IMG/VR virus record: IMGVR_UViG_3300047557_003310
Coordinates: 32,001-96,000 of that record
Source of the DNA: a virus
Reading direction: 5' to 3' (one strand)
Length of the DNA: 64,000 nt
In this document: positions 41,104 through 50,494 of the stretch, piece after piece
Numbering within the stretch: position 1 is the first letter of the stretch
Layout of the letters: each line of letters begins with the position of its first letter
Made by a program: the position numbers and the translations under genes
The notes under the pieces: model-generated
What the model was told of the DNA's origin: nothing
What the model saw: the letters and a program-made list of their open reading frames with translations, nothing else
Databases searched by the model: none

Positions 41104-41484
41104 ATGATATTTACTGAACTGAATGAGGAAAATTTTCTCCTATTTGCTATTAAAAATTATGAGAATCCTCAGGCAGTGACGAAAGAAGATTTCGAAAAAG
41201 ATTTGAATCATTTTAAGTATATAAAAAGATTACTTAGAAGATACAAAAATACAGGTGTGTTAAAAACACACCTTTTAATTAACCATTTTATAATACTTTA
41301 TAATATTTTTGGTGATGCAACCACACCAATGCTATTTTTTAAAATTGATAAAGATCTTTGGTCTTACATGAAAACTTTTGTTGTTTTTCTGAACAGATTA
41401 CCAGAATATCCAAAAGGATATATACATGATATTCCAATAGATATTTTTTGTATGTCACAACTGGAAAGAATTACAAATGAGTAA
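41104..41484 (+). CDS. conserved T4-like hypothetical
   Basis: FAIKNYENP, FKYIKRLL, LINHFIILYNIFG. Confidence 0.8.
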   Translation: MIFTELNEENFLLFAIKNYENPQAVTKEDFEKDLNHFKYIKRLLRRYKNTGVLKTHLLINHFIILYNIFGDATTPMLFFKIDKDLWSYMKTFVVFLNRLPEYPKGYIHDIPIDIFCMSQLERITNE

Positions 41485-41710
41485 GTTAGATAAAATTATA
41501 CAATTAATAAGAGAAAATATGGTTGCAAATGCAACAGGTAGTGGCGGCGGATTTGGGGGAAATTCTCCACAAGAAGGACCAACAGCTGGATTTGACCCAA
41601 AGGTTGAATTAGGAATGTTCCGTAGAACTATAGGTGGATTAGTTGATAGAAGGTCAAAGACATACAGTAAAAAATATGAATCTTGGTTGAAGTCAATGGG
41701 ATTACTTTAA
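41477..41710 (+). CDS. hypothetical protein
   Basis: ORF track; GPTAGFDP motif. Confidence 0.7.
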   Translation: MSKLDKIIQLIRENMVANATGSGGGFGGNSPQEGPTAGFDPKVELGMFRRTIGGLVDRRSKTYSKKYESWLKSMGLL

Positions 41711-41771
41711 AATCTAAATAGTAATATTAAAGGTTATTTGTTGGCGAGTTAACAAAAAAACTATACTAACA

Positions 41772-42194
41772 ATGTCAGAAGAATCAATAAAATTAGCGGT
41801 ATTAGAGCAAAAACTTTTAGATTTTTCTAACATCGTACATAAGTTAGATGATGCCATTCAAAAGTTGAGTGAAGTAAATACGAATATAACCAGAATGCTT
41901 GCTGTTCATGATGAAAGAATTGAACAGTGCAATAAATCTGATAGTATTCTAATAAAAATGATAGATGAAATCAAGAAAGAAAATCTTGAAGATCACCAAC
42001 AAGTAATAAAAAGAATAGAATCCATAGAAGAAAAAGTATTGGAAATTAATAAAATAAAGTGGATGACTGCAGGATGTGGGACTCTTCTTGTTGTTCTTGC
42101 TGCGGCCTTATCTAGCTTAGCTTCTGGTTGGTGGACGCCAAGTGAAATGCAGCAACACCACAGAATGCAGATGGAATCCAAAATGTTGGATTGA
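41772..42194 (+). CDS. coiled-coil protein with C-terminal transmembrane helix
   Basis: MLAVHDERI; hydrophobic segment near the C-terminus. Confidence 0.7.
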   Translation: MSEESIKLAVLEQKLLDFSNIVHKLDDAIQKLSEVNTNITRMLAVHDERIEQCNKSDSILIKMIDEIKKENLEDHQQVIKRIESIEEKVLEINKIKWMTAGCGTLLVVLAAALSSLASGWWTPSEMQQHHRMQMESKMLD

Positions 42195-42219
42195 CATACT
42201 GGGATTTACATGCTAGAAT
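42191..42219 (+). promoter_or_regulatory. sigma70-type promoter for the primase/nrd operon
   Basis: TTGACA-17-TAGAAT. Confidence 0.75.
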
Positions 42220-42241
42220 TGGGGACGCTGAAACCTAGATT

Positions 42242-43216
42242 ATGGATTTGATTGACGACAAATATATTAATCTAATATCAACAAGATTAGAAAAATTCAC
42301 TAAAAAGAATTCAAATCTCTATAATTGTAGATGTAAAATTTGTGGTGACTCTCAGAAAAATAAATCAAGAGCACGAGGATATTTTTATTCTGTAAAAAAT
42401 AATACAAATTACAAGTGTCACAATTGTGGAGTGAATGTATCTTTAAACAATTATCTTAAACAAATAGATCCAATATTACACCAGCAATATTGTTTAGAGA
42501 AGTATTCAGCTGGATTCACCGGTAAAAATTTTACAGCCGAAGCACCAAAGTTTGACTTCAAAAAACCAGTATTCAAAAAAACTTTAAATTTACCAAGAGC
42601 AAGTGAAGTTTCTGTTGCTAAGTCTTATTTAGAAAATCGTAAATTGAATCCAGATAATTTTTATTATGCGGAAAAGTTTAAAGAATGGACAAATACAGTA
42701 CAAAAAACATTTGATGAAAAAGGTTTAAAGTATGAAGAATCTAGGATTGTCATTCCACTTTATTATCAAAAAAAACTAATAGGATTTCAGGGCAGATCAA
42801 TTGGTCCAAGTGAAATTAAGTATATTACAATTATGTTGGAGGAAGATGCTCCAAAGATATATGGATATGATGAAATAAACTTGAACAAATCAGTTTACAT
42901 TATAGAAGGTCCTTTTGACTCCACATTTATTCAAAATTCAGTTGCAATGTGTGGATCCGATTTAAATCTAAAAGATCTAAATATTTCTCACCCAGTATAC
43001 GTCTATGATAATGAACCTAGAAACCAAGAAATTCACAAAAGAATGGAATCTAGAATTGAATCTGGGGATTCAATTGTGATATGGCCAAGTTTAATTAAAG
43101 ACAAAGACATAAACGACATGGTTTTGTCTGGACTTAATGTCCAATCTGTGATAGAATCAAATACTTACTCTGGACTAGTAGCAAAACTTAAATTTAACGA
43201 ATGGAAGAAAGTATGA
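42242..43216 (+). CDS. gp61: DNA primase gp61
   Basis: CKICGDS..CHNC zinc finger, EGPFDS, DNEPRN, KDINDM. Confidence 0.96.
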   Translation: MDLIDDKYINLISTRLEKFTKKNSNLYNCRCKICGDSQKNKSRARGYFYSVKNNTNYKCHNCGVNVSLNNYLKQIDPILHQQYCLEKYSAGFTGKNFTAEAPKFDFKKPVFKKTLNLPRASEVSVAKSYLENRKLNPDNFYYAEKFKEWTNTVQKTFDEKGLKYEESRIVIPLYYQKKLIGFQGRSIGPSEIKYITIMLEEDAPKIYGYDEINLNKSVYIIEGPFDSTFIQNSVAMCGSDLNLKDLNISHPVYVYDNEPRNQEIHKRMESRIESGDSIVIWPSLIKDKDINDMVLSGLNVQSVIESNTYSGLVAKLKFNEWKKV

Positions 43217-44889
43217 CCGAAGGAATTAGGGTTCAAAAAAGAAATGGCAACATTGAACCATTATATCTTGATAAGATACATTTGATGGTAGAAGAGGCTT
43301 GTAAGAATCTATCTGGAGTCTCTGCTTCTCAAGTTGAAATGCAGTCTGGTATTCAATTTTATAGTGGAATCACTACAGCTGAGATTCAGGAAATTCTAAT
43401 TAGAAGTGCAAGTGATCTTATTGATTTGGAGCACCCAAACTATCAATATGTTGCTGCTAGATTGTTGATGTATGCTACTAGGAAGAGCATCTTTGGTGGC
43501 ATGAAAGATCTACCACACCTAGAAGATCATATCAATAATTGCGTGACTTCTAAAGTATATGATCATGAAGTATATGATCATTATTCAAAAGAAGAAATCG
43601 ATAAGATCAATTCTATGATTGATCACGATCGTGACTTTAACTTCACATATGCAGGACTCAGACAGGTTGTAGATAAGTATTTGGTTCAAGATCGTAGTAC
43701 TGGGAAATTATATGAAACTCCCCAGTTCATGTATATCATGATTGCGCTAACAATGTTTTCTAGGTATCCAAAGGAAACACGCCTATCTTATATAAAAAAA
43801 TATTACGATGCAACATCAAAGCACAAAATCAACATCCCAACCCCAATCATGGCAGGAGTGCGGACGCCACTTCGACAATTTGCTAGTTGTGTTCTTGTTG
43901 ATGTTGATGACACCCTCGATTCTATCTTTAGCAGTGATATGGCTATTGGCAGATATGTCGCACAGAGGGCGGGAATCGGCATCAATGCAGGTAGAATCCG
44001 TGGCATCAACAGTAAAATCAGAGGTGGAGAAGTTCAACACACTGGTGTTGTACCGTTTCTCAAAAAGTTTGAAGCGACTGTCAGATGTTGCACGCAAAAT
44101 GGCATACGAGGTGGATCCGCGACGGTCCACTTCCCCATCTGGCACCAAGAGATAGAAGATATTATTGTTTTGAAGAATAATAAAGGAACTGAGGATAATC
44201 GTGTTCGTAAACTAGATTATTCTATTCAGTTTAGTAAGATTTTTTATGAGAGGTTCATCAAAAATGAAGAAATCACGCTTTTCTCTCCAAACGATGTACC
44301 TGGACTTTATGATAACTTCGGATTACCTACATTTGATGACCTCTATGTATCTTATGAAAATAATCCATCTATTCCAAAGAAAAAAATCAAAGCACAAGAA
44401 CTTATTCTGAATGTTCTCAAGGAAAGAGCAGAAACAGGACGAGTGTATATTATGAACATTGATCATTGTAATTCACATAGTTCTTATAAAGATCAAATTA
44501 CAATGAGTAATCTTTGCGTTGCTGGAGACACAAAGATTAAAGTAAGAATTACTACTGCTAAAGAAGTTGATGGTAATAACACAACAACATACCGTCTTCC
44601 TCCTCTTGAAATTGAAATTCAACAACTTCAAGAATTTATCGAAGAAGGTCTTTCATTGGAATGCGTAGAAGTGCTTTCTAAAAATATTGACTGTGCAAAT
44701 CGTAAAAATGATTATCATCAAATTACCGCATTTGCTCAAACGTCACCTAAAGCAAAAGTAATGAAAATTACTGATGAAAACAGTGGTAACAGTATTGTAG
44801 TCACGCCTGAACACAAAGTATTTACTGAAAATCGTGGATATGTGATGGCGAAAGATTTGAAAGAGACTGATGAGTTAGTAATTAATTAG
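43213..44889 (+). CDS. nrdA: ribonucleotide reductase alpha, N-terminal half fused to split-intein N-fragment
   Basis: ATP cone (VQKRNG), PTPIMAG, QFASCVL, ERAETGR; NrdA stops at ...MSNL and is followed by intein sequence; ATGA overlap favours start 43213. Confidence 0.95.
   Translation: MTEGIRVQKRNGNIEPLYLDKIHLMVEEACKNLSGVSASQVEMQSGIQFYSGITTAEIQEILIRSASDLIDLEHPNYQYVAARLLMYATRKSIFGGMKDLPHLEDHINNCVTSKVYDHEVYDHYSKEEIDKINSMIDHDRDFNFTYAGLRQVVDKYLVQDRSTGKLYETPQFMYIMIALTMFSRYPKETRLSYIKKYYDATSKHKINIPTPIMAGVRTPLRQFASCVLVDVDDTLDSIFSSDMAIGRYVAQRAGIGINAGRIRGINSKIRGGEVQHTGVVPFLKKFEATVRCCTQNGIRGGSATVHFPIWHQEIEDIIVLKNNKGTEDNRVRKLDYSIQFSKIFYERFIKNEEITLFSPNDVPGLYDNFGLPTFDDLYVSYENNPSIPKKKIKAQELILNVLKERAETGRVYIMNIDHCNSHSSYKDQITMSNLCVAGDTKIKVRITTAKEVDGNNTTTYRLPPLEIEIQQLQEFIEEGLSLECVEVLSKNIDCANRKNDYHQITAFAQTSPKAKVMKITDENSGNSIVVTPEHKVFTENRGYVMAKDLKETDELVIN
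44515..44886 (+). mobile_element. split intein N-fragment (124 aa)
   Basis: Block A CVAGDT, block B VTPEHKV, ends AKDLKETDELV. Confidence 0.93.
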
Positions 44890-44894
44890 TATGG

Positions 44895-44948
44895 TAGGAA
44901 GTGTAATTTTGTTATTTTTGATAAATAGTCATGAGATTACACTTCCTA
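44895..44948 (+). promoter_or_regulatory. 13-bp inverted repeat with ATAAATA in the loop, before the endonuclease ATG
   Basis: TAGGAAGTGTAAT...ATTACACTTCCTA. Confidence 0.75.
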
Positions 44949-44950
44949 TA

Positions 44951-45652
44951 ATGAAAACATATATTGTCTATAAAATTACCAATAAGAAAAACGGCAAAAA
45001 TTACATAGGAAAAACTGAATACTCTTTGGAGCATCGTTGGAATCGTCATTTATCGTCAGCAAGAAATGGTTCAAAATTTAGATTTCATTCTGCGATTAGA
45101 AAATATGGTGAAGATTGTTGGGACTTATCTGTGATTGAAACTTATCAAACTGAAGATGAAAACTTTATTAATGAAAAGGAAACTCACTTCATTAAACTCT
45201 TTGAGAGCGATACTAAAGGATATAATGCTACTTCTGGTGGAACTGGTGGTTGGATGCTCCCAAGATGCCCACAGAAAGTCCAGGAAGAGTGGAAAAATGG
45301 TATTTCTACAAGAACTATAGGACACAATAATCCAAATTATTCTGGTTATTCAGATGAAGAATTAATTGAATTTGGTATGAAATTTATTAAAAAATATAAC
45401 TTTATACCTGGACTAAAAAGATTAATTAAATTTTGTAATGACGAGTTGAATGTAAATTTTCCTAAAAGTTTTTCCAAAAATAGATTTGGAGGAAGTAGAA
45501 AAAATTACACTAAATTATTAGAAGAAGAAAGTGGATTGGTATTTGATCCAAATTATAGAACAGTAGAAGAAAGAAAGCTTATTGCCCAAAAGGCATCTAT
45601 AAACTCAACTATTATGTGGAAACAAAGGAGAATTAAAAATGCTAAAGATTGA
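44951..45652 (+). CDS. free-standing GIY-YIG homing endonuclease between the nrdA halves
   Basis: IVYKITN...NYIGKT, RWNRH, AIRKYG, GYNATSGG; start 44951 preferred over 44891. Confidence 0.9.
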   Translation: MKTYIVYKITNKKNGKNYIGKTEYSLEHRWNRHLSSARNGSKFRFHSAIRKYGEDCWDLSVIETYQTEDENFINEKETHFIKLFESDTKGYNATSGGTGGWMLPRCPQKVQEEWKNGISTRTIGHNNPNYSGYSDEELIEFGMKFIKKYNFIPGLKRLIKFCNDELNVNFPKSFSKNRFGGSRKNYTKLLEEESGLVFDPNYRTVEERKLIAQKASINSTIMWKQRRIKNAKD

Positions 45653-45737
45653 ATATCTAGAAGAAGAAATTCCAGTTTATGATATTACGGTAGAAGGAGC
45701 TCATAATTTTTTTGCTAATAATATATTAGTTCATAAT
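45639..45737 (+). mobile_element. split intein C-fragment (33 aa)
   Basis: Block F VYDITVEGAHNFFAN, block G LVHN followed by +1 Cys. Confidence 0.95.
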
Positions 45738-46739
45738 TGTCAAGAAATCACTGAACCTACTACTCCAATTCAACATATTGATGATGACAATTATTCCGAG
45801 ATCGCAACTTGCATTCTTTCTGCGATCAATGTGGGTAGAGTTAAGTCTGATGATGAACTAGAGGAACTCTGTGATCTTACGGTTCGTGCTCTAGATGAAA
45901 TTATTGATTATCAACAATATCCAGTGAAAGCGGCAGAGAATTTCACAAAGCGTCGTAGATCTCTTGGAATTGGATATATTGGTCTTGCTCACTATTTGGC
46001 AAAACTTGGATTTAAGTATGATTCACAAGAAGCATGGGATGCTGTTCATGGTCTTTCTGAGAGCTTCCAATACTATCTTCTAAAGGCATCTAATCAACTT
46101 GCCAAAGAAAAAGGATATTGTGAGTATTTTGGTCGTACTAAGTATTCTGATGGGATTTTACCAATTGATACATACAAAAAAGAAGTAGACGAAATCACAT
46201 CAATTAAACTTCAACATGATTGGGAATCTCTTAGGTCATCTATCCTGGAACATGGACTCAGACACTCAACACTGTCCGCACAGATGCCATCGGAGAGCAG
46301 TTCCGTTGTGTCAAACGCAACCAATGGAATCGAACCACCTAGAGGATACTTGTCCATTAAAAAATCAAAGAAAGGACCACTCAAACAAATTGTTCCACAA
46401 TATCATACTCTTAAAAACAATTATACGCTACTTTGGGACATGGAGTCTAATCGTGGTTATATTAATGTTGTTTCTGTGATGCAAAAGTTCTTTGATCAGG
46501 CAATTTCTGGAAATTGGTCCTATAATCCAGAGCATTATCCAGACAATGAGGTTCCAGTTTCTGTAATGGCGAATGACCTATTGACCACATACAAGTACGG
46601 TCACAAAACCGCATATTATCAAAATACTTATGATATCAAGACCGATGAGGTAGTTGAACATCCAAAACAGGAACTTAATTCGCTTTTAGATGACATTATG
46701 AGTTCAGATGAAAGTGAATGTGAAAGTTGCACAGTTTAA
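45639..46739 (+). CDS. nrdA: intein C-fragment fused to C-terminal half of ribonucleotide reductase alpha
   Basis: After HN: CQEI, CILSAIN, MPSESSS, KTAYY, C-terminal CESC. Confidence 0.95.
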   Translation: MLKIEYLEEEIPVYDITVEGAHNFFANNILVHNCQEITEPTTPIQHIDDDNYSEIATCILSAINVGRVKSDDELEELCDLTVRALDEIIDYQQYPVKAAENFTKRRRSLGIGYIGLAHYLAKLGFKYDSQEAWDAVHGLSESFQYYLLKASNQLAKEKGYCEYFGRTKYSDGILPIDTYKKEVDEITSIKLQHDWESLRSSILEHGLRHSTLSAQMPSESSSVVSNATNGIEPPRGYLSIKKSKKGPLKQIVPQYHTLKNNYTLLWDMESNRGYINVVSVMQKFFDQAISGNWSYNPEHYPDNEVPVSVMANDLLTTYKYGHKTAYYQNTYDIKTDEVVEHPKQELNSLLDDIMSSDESECESCTV

Positions 46740-46757
46740 TTTGTTTAAATAATCAAT

Positions 46758-47951
46758 GTGATGGAGACTAGTATGGAATTTAAAATTTCTTCAGTTGAAG
46801 AAGAAACTAAAATTAAAGGTATGACTGTTTTTAATACAGAAAAAGTTAATACGAAAAAACAACCAATGTTTTTTGGTCAGCCATTAGGAGTTCAAAGATA
46901 TGATTCATACAAGTATCCAGTTTTTGATAGACTCACCACACAACAACTAGGTTATTTCTGGAGACCCGAAGAGGTCTCTCTCCAAAAAGATCGTGGTGAC
47001 TATCATACTCTTCGTCCTGAACAGAAACATATCTATACTTCTAATTTGAAGTATCAGATCATGTTAGATTCTGTTCAAGGTCGTGGACCTGGTATGGCAT
47101 TTATTCCATATTGTTCACTTCCTGAGTTGGAAGCATGTATGGAAGTATGGGGGTTCATGGAGATGATTCATAGTCGCTCATACACATACATTATTAAAAA
47201 TGTATATTCAGACCCAACAGAGGTCTTTGATACTATTATCGGTGACGAACGCATTCTAGAGCGTGCTAGGAGCGTCACAGAGTCTTATGATGATTTTATT
47301 AATTCAGCACAAATTTATGGTACATCTACTGATTGGATGTATAGACTTGAAGGAGTCACAAACGCAAAGGAAACACTCAACGATGTTAAACGAAAACTCT
47401 ACAGAGCAGTCGCAAATGTTAATATTCTTGAAGGTATTCGCTTCTACATTAGCTTTGCTTGTAGTTTCGCTTTTGGCGAACTTAAGCTCATGGAAGGATC
47501 CGCTAAAATCATCTCACTTATTGCAAGAGACGAAAACCAACACTTAGCACTTACTCAAAACATTCTGAATAAATGGAAAGAAGGTGACGATCCAGAAATG
47601 CAAAAAATTGCAAAAGAAGAGGAAGAATGGGTTTATAAAATGTTTGATCGTGCCGTAAACGAAGAAAAGAAGTGGGCAGATTATCTGTTCAAGGATGGCA
47701 GCATGATCGGACTTAACGATAAACTTCTTCAGCAATATGTTGAATGGATTGCAAATCGTCGCATGAAAGCAATTGGTCTTAAGCCAGTTTATGATATTCC
47801 AGCAAAAAACAATCCACTTCCTTGGACCGAACATTGGATTTCTTCCAAAGGACTACAAGTCGCTCCACAAGAAACGGAGCAGGAAACATATATTGTCGGT
47901 GGACTGAAACAAGACATGAAAGAAGATACATTTGCTAGCTTCAAATTGTAA
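46758..47951 (+). CDS. nrdB: ribonucleotide reductase beta subunit
   Basis: FWRPEEV, EMIHSRSY, LEGIRFY, RDENQH, APQETE. Confidence 0.97.
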   Translation: MMETSMEFKISSVEEETKIKGMTVFNTEKVNTKKQPMFFGQPLGVQRYDSYKYPVFDRLTTQQLGYFWRPEEVSLQKDRGDYHTLRPEQKHIYTSNLKYQIMLDSVQGRGPGMAFIPYCSLPELEACMEVWGFMEMIHSRSYTYIIKNVYSDPTEVFDTIIGDERILERARSVTESYDDFINSAQIYGTSTDWMYRLEGVTNAKETLNDVKRKLYRAVANVNILEGIRFYISFACSFAFGELKLMEGSAKIISLIARDENQHLALTQNILNKWKEGDDPEMQKIAKEEEEWVYKMFDRAVNEEKKWADYLFKDGSMIGLNDKLLQQYVEWIANRRMKAIGLKPVYDIPAKNNPLPWTEHWISSKGLQVAPQETEQETYIVGGLKQDMKEDTFASFKL

Positions 47952-47955
47952 TTTA

Positions 47956-48005
47956 AAACTGAGGTTGAATGTTATATAAATAAATATAACATTCAACCTC
48001 AGTTT
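47956..48005 (+). promoter_or_regulatory. 22-bp perfect inverted repeat containing TATAAATA, ending 3 nt before the ATG
   Basis: AAACTGAGGTTGAATGTTATAT-AAATAA-ATATAACATTCAACCTCAGTTT. Confidence 0.8.
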
Positions 48006-48008
48006 CAA

Positions 48009-48527
48009 ATGGATAATTATATTCTTTATTATTATTTAAGGGAGGACTTTAGTTCTCCCTTTTATGTTGGTTATGGTAAACCAAGAAGAATACACGCAAA
48101 GCATTTGAGAAGTAATGGGGCAAATCTATTGCCATCAAGAGAAAGAAGATGGATCGTAAAATCTGGATTAACTAAACAAGAAGCAATAGAACTTGAAGTA
48201 AAGCACATAGCACTTTGGAAAAGAGAATGTGATGGTGGAGTTTTATTAAATCAAAATCTTGGTGGAGAAGGAAAACCAGGAGGACAAAAAACTAAAGGAT
48301 TTAGTGGTAGAAAACATAGCGAAGAAAGTAAAAAGAAAACTTCATTAAAAGTTGCTGGTAAAAATAATCCAAGAGCAAAGAAATATATCTTCATTTCTCC
48401 AGATGGTAAAAAATACATTATAGAAGGTGGTGTTAAAAAGTTTTGTAAAGAAATAGGAATAACTTATGATGCGGTTTTAGGAAAGAAGAGCAAGAATACA
48501 AAAGGTTGGACTATATTAAACGCATAA
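48009..48527 (+). CDS. putative homing endonuclease (GIY-YIG variant with NUMOD3)
   Basis: LYYYLR..FYVGYG..R, LLNQNLGGEG, GRKHSEESKKK, GKNNP. Confidence 0.8.
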   Translation: MDNYILYYYLREDFSSPFYVGYGKPRRIHAKHLRSNGANLLPSRERRWIVKSGLTKQEAIELEVKHIALWKRECDGGVLLNQNLGGEGKPGGQKTKGFSGRKHSEESKKKTSLKVAGKNNPRAKKYIFISPDGKKYIIEGGVKKFCKEIGITYDAVLGKKSKNTKGWTILNA

Positions 48528-48579
48528 GCTCCCTTTTTTAATAAATATATAAAGACAAACAAGAATTTTTTGTATAACA

Positions 48580-49809
48580 ATGTCAAAATACTACTTAACA
48601 GAAGCTTACGGTGAGCTATATAACCCAAGAAAAGCTGATGAGACATTCTATGAGAATCTAAGATTCGTAGATTATCTCATGCAAGAAGAGATTGAGGAAG
48701 TCATGGAATCTCTTCTCTGGGAATTTATGGATTATGGTAATAATCTTGATGAATCTTATGGTTTGATCAAAGGTGTATTTTCTGATGATGTGATTCTAGA
48801 AGAAGTATTAACTGAAGCTAGAATGACTCCAAGACAAAAGGAAGAAAGAGCGGCACGCCAGAGAAGTAATTTGCAACTAGCTGCTGGTCAAGAAGCAACT
48901 AAAAGAAGAGAAGCTAGAAAGGCTGCTGTAACTGGAGCACTCAAACAAGCCAGGGAAACCGTAGGAAAAGTAGCTTCTGGTGTAGGATCTTCTGCTATGG
49001 GAGCGATGAGATCTGGTAAAAAGGCTGCTGCTGGCGCATATGATCGTGCTAAGGGTCTTCCTGGTAAAGCCATGGCTGCTCTTAAAGGACTTGCTCGTAA
49101 AGGTGCAGCTGCAGCTATTAAATCAGGTAGATCAACCGAAAGAGCAGGAAAAGAAGCAGAAAGAACTACAGTAACTACAACTTCCACTTCTGGTGGTGGT
49201 CGTGGCGCAGCTCCATCCACTCAAACTACAGTAGAAAAGTCAGGTGGATCTAAGCGTAGAGCAATTGGTGGGTTACTACAAAGAGCTGGAAAGGCACTTG
49301 CTGGGAAACTAAAAGCCAAACCAGATCGTATGACCAGAGGTGAATACGAAGAAAGAAAAGCTGGTAGAGCTGCTGCTGCCAGATCTGCTGTTGCTGGTAC
49401 TGTCTCATCTACAGCACCAAAACCAGAAGCTAAAAAGCCTGAGCTTGGATTTAAGAAATTAGAAGCATCTGGTCAAAAGCCAGTATACAACCCAGCTGCA
49501 GCAAATCGTAGCGAAAAGAAAAGAACAGGTGGAAAACTTCCTGCTTCTAGTGCTTTGACTCCCTGGAATAAAGGTCCAGATAAGAGCGGAAAGAAATCTA
49601 CTGCTCCTAGTACAATTCAGGCAGAAAGAAGAAAGCAAATTAAATTAGCACGCACACAGAGAGAAGAATTTGAACTTCTAGCACAATATATCCTAGAAGA
49701 CTTTATCAATGAAGGTTATGCTGATACTTATGAGGATGCACTTGAAATTCTAGAAAATCTTTCAGAAAATTCTATTATAGAACTTACTGAAATGTATCTA
49801 GAAGGCTGA
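48580..49809 (+). CDS. putative internal head protein (acidic ends, basic Ala/Lys/Arg core)
   Basis: LTEAY, VLTEA, C-terminal ILEDFINEGYADTYEDALEIL module; ATAAATA upstream. Confidence 0.7.
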   Translation: MSKYYLTEAYGELYNPRKADETFYENLRFVDYLMQEEIEEVMESLLWEFMDYGNNLDESYGLIKGVFSDDVILEEVLTEARMTPRQKEERAARQRSNLQLAAGQEATKRREARKAAVTGALKQARETVGKVASGVGSSAMGAMRSGKKAAAGAYDRAKGLPGKAMAALKGLARKGAAAAIKSGRSTERAGKEAERTTVTTTSTSGGGRGAAPSTQTTVEKSGGSKRRAIGGLLQRAGKALAGKLKAKPDRMTRGEYEERKAGRAAAARSAVAGTVSSTAPKPEAKKPELGFKKLEASGQKPVYNPAAANRSEKKRTGGKLPASSALTPWNKGPDKSGKKSTAPSTIQAERRKQIKLARTQREEFELLAQYILEDFINEGYADTYEDALEILENLSENSIIELTEMYLEG

Positions 49810-49820
49810 TCGCCAAAAGG

Positions 49821-49845
49821 AAAGGGAGCCTCGGCTCCCTTTTTT
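49821..49845. terminator. terminator between convergent genes
   Basis: AAAGGGAGC-CTCG-GCTCCCTTTTTT. Confidence 0.85.
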
Positions 49846-50260
49846 AGTCTTCTGATTTAATTACTATTCCGTAGATGTTATCTTTTTCAGAACTAAAGAA
49901 TTTACCTTCTACATTAGTATTGTAATAATCTTCTCTTAAAATTACATCTCGTTTAAATTGTTCCATGGTTTCATAGAAACTCATGGATTTTTTGTGTGGA
50001 CAAAGATATAATATTTCACGAAGAAATTTATCTTTGCCTAATAACTTTACATCTGCTATTAATTCATCACAAGATCCAAAGTAATCTCTCCAGTTACTTT
50101 CCTTTTTCTTTCTTCTCCCTGTTTTTCTATCTTTTCTTCTTTCCCAAAAAGTTTTCTTTCCGATATATTTTTTTTCGTTTTCCAGATTCGTGATAAGATA
50201 TACAAATCCTTCCATGCCATCTGGCACTTCATCAATAACTTTTCCTTTTATGTTCCACAC
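49844..50260 (-). CDS. GIY-YIG endonuclease (endonuclease II/Seg-like); only credible - strand gene
   Basis: GFVYLITN...KYIGKK, NWRDYFGS, YYN. Confidence 0.85.
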   Translation of the reverse strand: MWNIKGKVIDEVPDGMEGFVYLITNLENEKKYIGKKTFWERRKDRKTGRRKKKESNWRDYFGSCDELIADVKLLGKDKFLREILYLCPHKKSMSFYETMEQFKRDVILREDYYNTNVEGKFFSSEKDNIYGIVIKSED

Positions 50261-50287
50261 TTGACATCCTCACGACTATGGCTTATT

Positions 50288-50494
50288 ATGATTTCGAATC
50301 AAAAAGTATTTATGATCAACGATCAAGACCCAATGGAAGTTCTAGTCACTGATATTAGGGATTGGAGCATCGAAAGGTTCTCTAAATTGACTAAAAAGAA
50401 TCAATTTGAAAATGCAATCGCATTAGAAGAAGAATTTTCTGAGTGGCTATCTTCGGATTTGGATGATGATATTGAAATTATCACAGTCAATTGA
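50288..50494 (+). CDS. hypothetical protein
   Basis: ORF track frame; promoter TTGACA-17-TATTAT at 50261-50289 suggests the true start lies downstream of the called TTG. Confidence 0.6.
   Translation: MISNQKVFMINDQDPMEVLVTDIRDWSIERFSKLTKKNQFENAIALEEEFSEWLSSDLDDDIEIITVN

Noticed and set aside
44891-44950. N-terminal extension of the endonuclease called by the ORF track
   Set aside because: It spans the regulatory inverted repeat; the GIY-YIG motif starts right after ATG 44951
44889-45639. Group I intron as the explanation for the nrdA interruption
   Set aside because: Intein blocks A, B, F and G flank the insertion at protein level and there is no room for an intron core
49844-50260. Fourth mobile homing endonuclease
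   Set aside because: Short catalytic domain only, without DNA-binding repeats or the hairpin/late-promoter switch; more like a resident endonuclease II-type gene
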